Source: Telmatocola sphagniphila (GTDB taxonomy: Bacteria; Planctomycetota; Planctomycetia; Gemmatales; Gemmataceae). Taken from it: a DNA stretch of 32,000 nt. The stretch is taken from assembly GCF_018398935.1 (NCBI RefSeq), contig NZ_CP074694.1, positions 3,840,001-3,872,000 of the forward strand. The letters run 5' to 3'. A program made the translations under genes and the position numbers. The notes under the pieces were generated by a model. The model saw only the letters and a program-made list of their open reading frames with translations, made no database searches and had not been told where the DNA came from. Positions 17,739 to 32,000 of the stretch are shown one piece after another (position 1 is the first letter of the stretch; each line of letters starts with the position of its first letter).

Positions 17739-18157
17739 ATGAAGCAACCTTCGGTCTATTTGAAGATGCGGGTCCTCGGTGCTGTCGACACCGTCGAAGG
17801 GCGAACCCGGCATGAACGCGTTCACAATGTGGCCGCCATGACCTTCCTCGACGAACAGGGCAACTCGCGTCAGTTCACCTGGCGGACCATTCAGACCTGG
17901 TTCTACCGTTACAAAAACCACGGCATCACCGGTATGACTCCTCAGCCACGCAAGGACAAGGGACAAGTCCGCAAGGCCACGCCCGAGGAACTGCTCGAAG
18001 CCATTAACGCCGCCCAGCCCCACTTCCACAACAAACGCTCCAACAAGCGAGCGATCTATCGCTTCTGTATCGAACGGGGGTTCCTGCAAGCCGACCGCAT
18101 TGCTCAAACCACTTTTTACCGCTTCATCCGAGAATACGATCTGCTCGCTCCCGTAGA
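17739..18157 (+). pseudogene. DDE transposase, 5' fragment (host copy 4)
   Basis: The first ~139 codons are identical to the 413-aa transposase. The fragment is broken at ...LLAPVD by the TGT terminus of the mini-element. Confidence 0.85.
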
Positions 18158-18679
18158 TGTCCTTTACCGCGGTTTGATCGCACTTAGGAATTAGAATAGC
18201 CGAATAGTTATTGAATTGCCAGTCGTCGCTTACGCTGCGAATTTGGTAAAGGAATTGACTTGTTAAGTCGGTTTTTCCCCGCCGTCTTTGATCGGTGATA
18301 AAACGTACCTCGCTCCTACCCCGCCTCGGGTCTGTACAATTTTCCTTTTCCATTTTGCTGAGGCTTACTCCTTGGGCGAGGTGCGGTTTTACCGCAGCGA
18401 GGAGGAATGGAGTTCGATCGCTGAACGGCTCAAACAGACCCACTGTCCGCACTGCAAAGTGGTCGGCACGCTGATTCAGCACGGCTTTTTGTTCGGCTAT
18501 GACGAACGCAACCCCCAGAGCCTCGTGCCGGACTACACCGGCCCATCGCAACACCCCGGTCTCGGTCATCAGACTGCTCAAAAAATTCCCTGGAATTCGG
18601 CAAAAACACCCTTCAAAATGCAAAAAATCCATACAGCTTTAATTCGGCTACAAATGCGACCAGAATTCGGTTCGGGACA
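18158..18679 (+). mobile_element. 522-bp internally deleted (MITE-like) derivative of the four-gene transposon
   Basis: An intact TGT left end plus ~361 bp is joined at 18518/18519 to the last ~161 bp, including the GGGACA terminus. It has no complete gene. It carries more substitutions than the full copies. Confidence 0.8.
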
Positions 18680-19110
18680 CCTCGCCCACTGCTTCGACTG
18701 CCAAAAAAACTTCAACAACATCGACCTCTTGCTCACCCTCGATTACGACTTCCTCACCGCCGTCGATTTACTCGAACGCTGGCTCAACGAATATCAAACC
18801 CGACAAGCCAAAAAGTAATTAGTCGCAGGAAGCCCGTTCCTCTACGAACCTCTGCTGTTCACGGCGAACGGCAGCACCTCGCGCCGGACTACGCCGGCCC
18901 ATCGCAACACCCCGGTCTCGGCCATCAGACCGCTCCAAAATTCCCTGGAATTCGGCAAAACACCCTTCAAAATGCCAAAATCCCTACAGCTTTAATTCGG
19001 CTACAAATGCGACCAGAATTCGGTTCGGGACATCTAAGCGGGATAGGGCGCTTTAGTTCGCGTCCATAGCGGTGTGCGACTGCGACTCTTTTCGAACGGA
19101 GAAATCCCTC

Positions 19111-19356
19111 TCAAGTGTTAACCGGATTGGTAAAGTTTCCGGGCGAGAAAACTAGGGTACAGTTGGGTTGACATATGACTGGTAATATTTCGGCCTTCAG
19201 ACGCATGAGTTCGCGTTGCCAGTAAAGATAGGCCGCTTCGCTGATTCGAAGACGCTGACAGTAAGCTCGAATCGGTTCGTTGCTGGAACGCGGATCCCGA
19301 ATAATCTTCTTCCAAAAAGCTTCCCGCTGCAGATCCCTCGCATGATGCTTTGACAT
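19111..19356 (-). pseudogene. IS accessory/HTH transposase ORF fragment (IS66 TnpA-like or IS3 OrfA-like)
   Basis: REAFWKKIIRDPRSSNEPIRAYCQRLRISEAAYLYWQRELMRLKAE shows an HTH-type pattern. The remainder appears cut off by the transposon right end at 19032. Confidence 0.4.
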
Positions 19357-19399
19357 GAATCAAACTCCCGATGGTTAAAACCACCAGGATAACTCCCCC

Positions 19400-19627
19400 G
19401 ACAAGAAGGGAATTCACGGAACGGACTCAACCTTATGCCGTCGGACGACGCAACTGTCTCTTCTTCGGTTCCGACAACGGCGGACGAATCTTGGCGATTC
19501 CTTCCAGCTTCACCGCCACCTGACTGATGCACAAAATCAATCCCTGGGAATATCTCCGCGATGTGCTGATCCGCCTGCCGATCACACGAAAGAGCAGCTT
19601 CCCAGGTTGCTGCCTTACAATTGGATG
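19400..19627 (+). pseudogene. IS66-family transposase C-terminal remnant (frameshifted)
   Basis: Manual translation gives ..ERTQPYAVGRRNCLFFGSDNGGRILA.. and then, in another frame, ..INPWEYLRDVLIRLPI...LLPYNW. These are hallmark IS66 TnpC C-terminal motifs. Frameshifts and stops are present. Confidence 0.55.
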
Positions 19628-19700
19628 AAAAACGACTGAACAGCGAAGAGTTGGTTCCACTAAGATGGGTTGTCCGACCCGTCGTTGGCGGAACAGATAC

Positions 19701-19848
19701 CTTATCTTCCTGAGAAAATTTTAGTCGCATCACTGGCCAAGAGGAGTTCAGGCCCAACATCATTCGGTAGTGATTGGTAAGTTCGCTCATCCTTGCAAAC
19801 GAACAAATCCGAGAACTCCTTGCTGCAGCTACCCACTAAAATTGGAGG
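19701..19848 (-). mobile_element. ISL3-like 5' end remnant
   Basis: The N-terminus MSELTNHYRMMLGLNSSWPVMRLKFSQEDK parallels the ISL3-type fragment at 22196-22373. The upstream ~60 bp are homologous to 22374-22430. Confidence 0.5.
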
Positions 19849-19868
19849 AGAATCAAGAATTACAACAA

Positions 19869-20291
19869 TTATCCGGTCTGAGAATAGTAAGTGCTTCTAG
19901 GCTGAGTTCTCTTGAACGGATTCTCAATCGATTCCAAGTATTGCTTTCGTATATTTTTCGGTTCGTTTTTCATGATTAACTGTTCTATCCTATCAATAAT
20001 GGGTTTTCTAAATTCATTCAAGACACTGTATTCTACTATCGGAGCACCCGAATAAAAAAGTGCTCTTCGCAAATTGAAATACAATTCGTCGTCTTCTATT
20101 AGCATAAATCCTTGACAGCTGAAATCATAAATTTGACAATTGTCAAGATTGAATTCTCCGCGACTTTTAGTATCAACCAGCAGATAATTGTCGAGATTGC
20201 TTGCAAGAGGTTCAGGTAAGATGAAATTGGCGTCCATTTTGATTCTCGTTATATAAAAAAACAGAGTAAAACCAGTTTTTTTGTGAGGCAT
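19869..20291 (-). CDS. AT-rich hypothetical protein (candidate orphan immunity protein)
   Basis: 140-aa ORF (the ATG at 20237, MDANFILPEPL, is an alternative start). Composition is markedly AT-rich, like the RHS immunity gene. IS debris lies on both sides. No family recognised. Confidence 0.4.
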   Translation of the reverse strand: MPHKKTGFTLFFYITRIKMDANFILPEPLASNLDNYLLVDTKSRGEFNLDNCQIYDFSCQGFMLIEDDELYFNLRRALFYSGAPIVEYSVLNEFRKPIIDRIEQLIMKNEPKNIRKQYLESIENPFKRTQPRSTYYSQTG

Positions 20292-20497
20292 TTATTAGAC
20301 CATGAAGGCAATGAGCTTTTTTTGTTCAGGAAATATTAAGGTATTGAATATAGGTCTCCGATTTCACGGCTAGGAGGATAGTAAGTCATTCTCTTGTTCG
20401 TTTCAGTAAAATTAAATATATCTAAGTTTCCCTTTTCGTCGAATCCTATGATTCTAGAATTTGAGTTTCGAAATTTATAAAGTAAATCCTGTACCCC

Positions 20498-20994
20498 TCA
20501 CGTAATATTTGCCGTTTTTTGCGATTTAATTACTAGAGGAATTGGCCCTCTCTTGAACAAAAGATCGCCGTGATCGACGAGAGCACGGCGTAAAGCAATT
20601 CGATCGATACGGCGAGCTTCCTGCTCGAGCAACACTCCCGAAGGAGATTTTCCTTCCTCCTCCATAGCTCGGTTCCGATGGATTTCAACAAGCTCTCGGA
20701 ACTGATCGCGAGATTCTGTCGCGACTCTCTCCCGACTTTTCCAAAGCGCCTCGGGAGTAGGACCCAGACCTCCTCTCGGTCGAGCCAAGGCATTGGCTTC
20801 CCGTCGAGCCGCCTCCACATCCTCAGCGTTCCACACTTCCGGATGGCCTTCCCAGGCAGCTCTACGTTCGATTCGACTTTTCAAAGATCCTATGCCCGCT
20901 TCGATCGCACCGTTATATTGTGGCCTCCTCGGCGGAGAGTACAAGCCGAACACGCCTTCTCGCTGCAAAAATTCTTGGACCACTTCGGCAATAA
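20498..20994 (-). pseudogene. DDE/rve transposase C-terminal fragment (5' truncated)
   Basis: ..SPFIAEVVQEFLQREGVFGLYSPPRRPQYNGAIEAGIGSLK.. shows the third acidic residue context of the rve fold. The upstream part is replaced by a transposon right-end fragment at about 20995. Confidence 0.6.
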
Positions 20995-21165
20995 ACGGAG
21001 AACGGCAGCGCCTCGTGCCGGACTACGCCGGCCCCTCGCAACACCCCGGTCTCGGTCATCAGGCCGCTCCAAAATTCCCCGGTATTCGGCAAAACACCCT
21101 TCAAAATACCAAAATCCCTACAGCTTTAATTCGGCTACAAATGCGACCAGAATTCGGTTCGGGAT
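20995..21165 (+). mobile_element. right-end fragment of the four-gene transposon with damaged tip
   Basis: Matches the last ~170 bp of the element (GAACGGCAGCGCCTCGTGCCGG...AATTCGGTTCGGGA). It ends GGGAT instead of GGGACA and is fused to internal ATPase-gene sequence. Confidence 0.75.
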
Positions 21166-21649
21166 AACAAGCCTTCAGCCTCAACCATGCGGGCAAGTCG
21201 GTCACCACCATTCTCGACGACGCTCACCTCATGGATATGGCCTGTCTGCGAAAGTTGCGGCTGCTCTTCGAAGACTTCCCCAAAAACCACAACCTCATCC
21301 TCATCGGCCAACCCAGCCTGCTCGCCAACCTCGACCTCGGCGTCAACCAGGACATCAAAAGCCGAGTCACTTACTCCGTCATCGCCAAACGGCTCGGACC
21401 CGATTTACTGCGCGACTTCCTTCTCCGGGAACTCGATCGCATCGGACTCGGCCACAATACTTTTACGCAACCCGCCGTCGATCTCATCGTCCGCGCCGCC
21501 GACGGCATCCTGCGTAAAGCCCGCAATCTCTGCGTCGGCTGCCTCATCGAAGCCGTTCGATCCGCCAATAAAACCGTGGACATCGACAACGTCAACCGCG
21601 TCCTCCTGCAACCCCACTGGCAAAAGAATCCGACCTCGCCGATTACTGA
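21166..21649 (+). pseudogene. TniB/ExeA-like ATPase, 3' fragment with frameshift
   Basis: Lacks the first ~105 codons including Walker A. A 1-bp deletion in the A-run near 21620 (CAAAAGAATCC versus CAAAAAGAATCC) shifts the frame. Confidence 0.8.
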
Positions 21650-21675
21650 TTCTCAGCGCCCCCGTCGGAGAAACG

Positions 21676-21981
21676 ATGATCCAACCCGATCTACTACGCC
21701 GCATTCGCAACGATTTGCCCATGCCCGTCACCATCGCCACGCTGGGAGCCGATGGGCCACCTTCGAAAATGAGCGAAGGTTACTTCCGCTTCCTCTGCCC
21801 CAACTGCGGCGAAATGCGGGCTACCGTCAACCCACGCAACAACCTCGCCCACTGCTTCGACTGCCAAAAAAACTTCAACAACATCGACCTCTTGCTCACC
21901 CTCGATTACGACTTCCTCACCGCCGTCGATTTACTCGAACGCTGGCTCAACGAATATCAAACCCGACAAGCCAAAAAGTAA
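21676..21981 (+). CDS. CHC2 zinc-finger protein (truncated copy; intact ORF with two substitutions)
   Basis: 101 codons, MIQPDLLRRIRNDL...EYQTRQAKK. It differs from copy 1 at T to A (LGADG) and R to Q. Confidence 0.5.
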   Translation: MIQPDLLRRIRNDLPMPVTIATLGADGPPSKMSEGYFRFLCPNCGEMRATVNPRNNLAHCFDCQKNFNNIDLLLTLDYDFLTAVDLLERWLNEYQTRQAKK

Positions 21982-22195
21982 TCAGTCGCAGGAAGCCCGT
22001 TCCTCTACGAACCTCTGCTGCTCGCGGCGAACGGCAGCGCCTCGTGGCCGACTACGCCGGCCCATCGCAACACCCCGGTCTCGGTCATCAGACCGCTCCA
22101 AAATTCCCTGGAATTCGGCAAAACACCCTTCAAAATGCCAAAATCCATACAGCTTTAATTCGGCTACAAATGCGACCAGAATTCGGTTCGGGACA

Positions 22196-22430
22196 CCGGA
22201 GCCAGATCCGCCTGCGGACAGGAAGCTTTGCACTCCGGGCAGACCAGCGATCCCCCCAGATGCTTCAACTCGATTTCGACCTTCTTTTCTTGCAGAGAAA
22301 AGTTCACTCGCTCCACGTGCCAGGAGGAATCCAGGACCAACAACAATTGGTGGTGATTGGTTATTTCGATCATCCTTCCAGACTAACAAGTCCGAGAACT
22401 CCTTACCGCACTTACCCACTAAAATTGATT
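22196..22430 (-). mobile_element. ISL3-like element 5' end, truncated by transposon
   Basis: Transposase N-terminus MIEITNHHQLLLVLDSSWHVERVNFSLQEKKVEIELKHLGGSLVCPECKASCPQ (ISL3 zinc-finger N-terminus) is cut at 22196 by the ACA terminus. The upstream leader is homologous to 19791-19848. Confidence 0.6.
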
Positions 22431-22451
22431 AAGAACCAGATTTTATTTTAC

Positions 22452-22856
22452 TCAACCCAAAAAAATCTGGCGGGCAAGCAATGGATCATTAACTTCGGTA
22501 TATGCGATTGGTTTTATATTGTTCAAAAAATCTAAGCCATAAAGTGACTCTCCTACAATTTTTAGAAATTCTTCTGATTTTCCATTGTTATATAAATCAA
22601 GATTTGCTGCCGAATCTCTCAATTCCCCAAATGGCGCTTTTAAGGTTGTCAAACAATATTCGAATGTGTTTTGTATAATTTTTTGGTTTTTTGGATTTAG
22701 AGACTGAATCACTGGCATGAGCCACTGATGAGTAATTTTAATTACATCTTTTGGATCTTCCGATGAGTATTCGAGGAAATCAATTTTGTTAACAAATTGT
22801 AGCCTTTCGAGCAGATCCCATATTTGTTGAAATATAAAATAATTTGAAATTAACAT
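22452..22856 (-). CDS. putative cognate immunity protein of the RHS toxin
   Basis: 134-aa ORF starting 4 nt after the RHS stop codon on the same strand. It is strongly AT-rich compared with the RHS core. No family recognised. Confidence 0.65.
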   Translation of the reverse strand: MLISNYFIFQQIWDLLERLQFVNKIDFLEYSSEDPKDVIKITHQWLMPVIQSLNPKNQKIIQNTFEYCLTTLKAPFGELRDSAANLDLYNNGKSEEFLKIVGESLYGLDFLNNIKPIAYTEVNDPLLARQIFLG

Positions 22857-22860
22857 AGAC

Positions 22861-30960
<8,100 letters not shown>

Positions 30961-31000
30961 GGACGGGGCTCCGGGACCGGGGGCCGATCAAGATGCTCAA

Positions 31001-31030
31001 AGAATATCTTTTGCTATCGCATGCTGTCAA
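31001..31030 (-). promoter_or_regulatory. sigma-70-like promoter candidate for the RHS gene
   Basis: On the minus strand, TTGACA (31030-31025), an 18-nt spacer, then TATTCT (31006-31001), about 40 nt upstream of the ATG. Planctomycete promoter rules are poorly known. Confidence 0.2.
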
Positions 31031-31120
31031 TTGAATTTCTGAAATTTAATTTGGCAGACTAACACACTTCGGCTAAGTTGTTGAGGTGGAATTTGGAACA
31101 TTTTTTTCGGAACTCAAATC

Positions 31121-32000
31121 ATGCCCGCTAGCTCTTTCTGGATCATCGGAATTAATCGTGAATTTGCACCAGTGGGATCTGTTTTACCTTGGGATACTTT
31201 TGCACAACTGGGTTATCGAGTGCGAGTAGCGGAGGCTTGCGATGCTCCTGCAAATTGGAATCGTATTCTTACCGAAGCGTTGGACGAAAAGATCGAAGCT
31301 GTTTTCTGGATGGATGCGAGATTGCGATTTGAGCCCCCAGCGCTCGAACGACTTTTCAATACCGGCCACGATTTTATTTCAGGAGTATATCCCAACGAAG
31401 AAAGTAGTGGTTTTAATTGCGAAATTCCATTATCTGCCTATCCCTTGCAACTTGGACAAGGCGGAGGAGTTATCGAGGCACGTTTTGCGGAATTAGGATT
31501 CACCCTGATGCGTCGCGCACTTTTGGAATCTTTACGTGACCGTCAACGATTGCCCCGGTGTAGCGATCTTCGAGGTAGGGCCATCATCCCTTTCTTTGCC
31601 CCCCTGGCAATCATGGAGAACGGAATTCATCGGTATCTCGACGAGCAAAGAGCATTCTGTGAGAGAGCAAGATTGTGCGGATTTCCATTGCGAGTCGATA
31701 CTTCTCTGCGGATTTGGAGAATGGGTTTCAGTTCCCTTAGTTGGGAAGACGTTCAGTCCTCGCGTCCCCGCCAATCCTCGGCTCAGTTCCACCTGCGGCC
31801 TGGAACCACGTCGGCTAAATTTCACACAGTATCAAGCCTAGCTGATAGCAAGAATTCGGTTACGGCAAATAGTTTTGATTACGAGAAAGTCAATGAATCA
31901 GAATTGGACGATCCGCGATTCGACCAACCCGCACTGGTAGAGGGCAAGAGACGGCGGAAGTATTTTATTTGTTCAACTCCTTGTTCCGGCTCATCCATCT
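31121..32000 (+). CDS. hypothetical protein, 3' partial (runs off window)
   Basis: My manual translation from the ATG at 31121 gives MPASSFWIIGINREFAPVG...FWMDARLRFEPPALERLFNTGHDFISGVYP... with no stop through 32000 (293 codons). It is absent from the supplied track, presumably because it has no in-window stop. The last residues, KYFICSTPCSGSS, resemble a sulfotransferase PAPS-binding loop (weak). Confidence 0.55.
   Translation, partial: MPASSFWIIGINREFAPVGSVLPWDTFAQLGYRVRVAEACDAPANWNRILTEALDEKIEAVFWMDARLRFEPPALERLFNTGHDFISGVYPNEESSGFNCEIPLSAYPLQLGQGGGVIEARFAELGFTLMRRALLESLRDRQRLPRCSDLRGRAIIPFFAPLAIMENGIHRYLDEQRAFCERARLCGFPLRVDTSLRIWRMGFSSLSWEDVQSSRPRQSSAQFHLRPGTTSAKFHTVSSLADSKNSVTANSFDYEKVNESELDDPRFDQPALVEGKRRRKYFICSTPCSGSSI

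Larger units (their letters stand above)
13134..19032 (+). mobile_element. interrupted host copy (copy 4) of the four-gene transposon
   Basis: Left end at 13134-13351 (element positions 1-218). Copy 3 is nested at 13352-16943. The host resumes at 16944-18157 (positions 213-1426). A mini-element sits at 18158-18679 with about 1.8 kb of the host missing. The host's last 353 bp and ACA terminus lie at 18680-19032. Confidence 0.85.
21166..22195 (+). mobile_element. 5'-truncated copy (last ~1.03 kb) of the four-gene transposon
   Basis: Begins inside the ATPase gene (..EQAFSLNHAGKS..) and ends at the GGGACA terminus at 22195. Confidence 0.85.

Noticed and set aside
18288-18818. 176-aa ORF spanning the mini-element and the CHC2 gene remnant.
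   Set aside because: It is a chimeric frame created by the deletion junction (18518/18519) and the insertion junction (18679/18680). It is not an evolved gene.
21231-22535. 434-aa and 264-aa ORFs across the truncated copy.
   Set aside because: These are the ATPase gene remnant and its alternative frame, extended by the 1-bp deletion near 21620 and running through the right end into ISL3 sequence.
31184-31841. Several 60-101-aa ORFs on both strands in the track.
   Set aside because: All of them overlap the longer uninterrupted frame starting at 31121, and none has recognisable features.

Overview
The window looks like a Planctomycetota-type accessory region. That assignment is an inference from the ECF sigma N-terminus, the giant RHS gene and the overall gene style. 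It has three parts.

(1) 1-3139. This part holds a truncated ECF sigma factor, a small membrane protein and a Tat-signal dienelactone hydrolase. These are followed by decayed mobile-DNA remnants: a tyrosine-recombinase N-terminus with an in-frame stop, and an IS66-like transposase tail.

(2) 3140-22195. This is a transposon pile-up dominated by one 3,592-bp four-gene element with 5'-TGT...ACA-3' termini. Its genes are a zinc-ribbon protein (186 aa), an rve/DDE transposase (413 aa), a TniB/ExeA-like AAA+ ATPase (266 aa) and a primase-type CHC2 zinc-finger protein (101 aa).
- Three full copies are present: 3305-6896 (+), 8868-12465 (-) and 13352-16943 (+).
- One further copy (13134-19032) acts as host. 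It carries a full copy nested in its left end and a 522-bp internally deleted mini-derivative.
- Several end fragments are also present.
- These insertions have split an IS481-like transposase gene whose halves now lie on opposite strands. This is explained by an inversion between inverted copies.
- They also truncate IS66-like, ISL3-like and another DDE transposase gene.
- A lower-GC islet at 7820-8866 carries a YwqK/MORN immunity-like gene and a short endonuclease-V-like gene.

(3) 22452-30960. This part holds a 2,699-aa RHS/YD-repeat polymorphic toxin. It has a compositionally distinct 301-aa C-terminal toxin domain and a tightly coupled AT-rich immunity gene. Its N-terminal half contains four poly-cysteine clusters embedded in long (Gly-Thr)n/(Gly-Ser)n tracts. 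A partial ORF absent from the supplied track runs from 31121 off the window end.

I recognised no rRNA, tRNA or CRISPR array by eye. All family assignments are by-eye motif recognition. No database search was possible.
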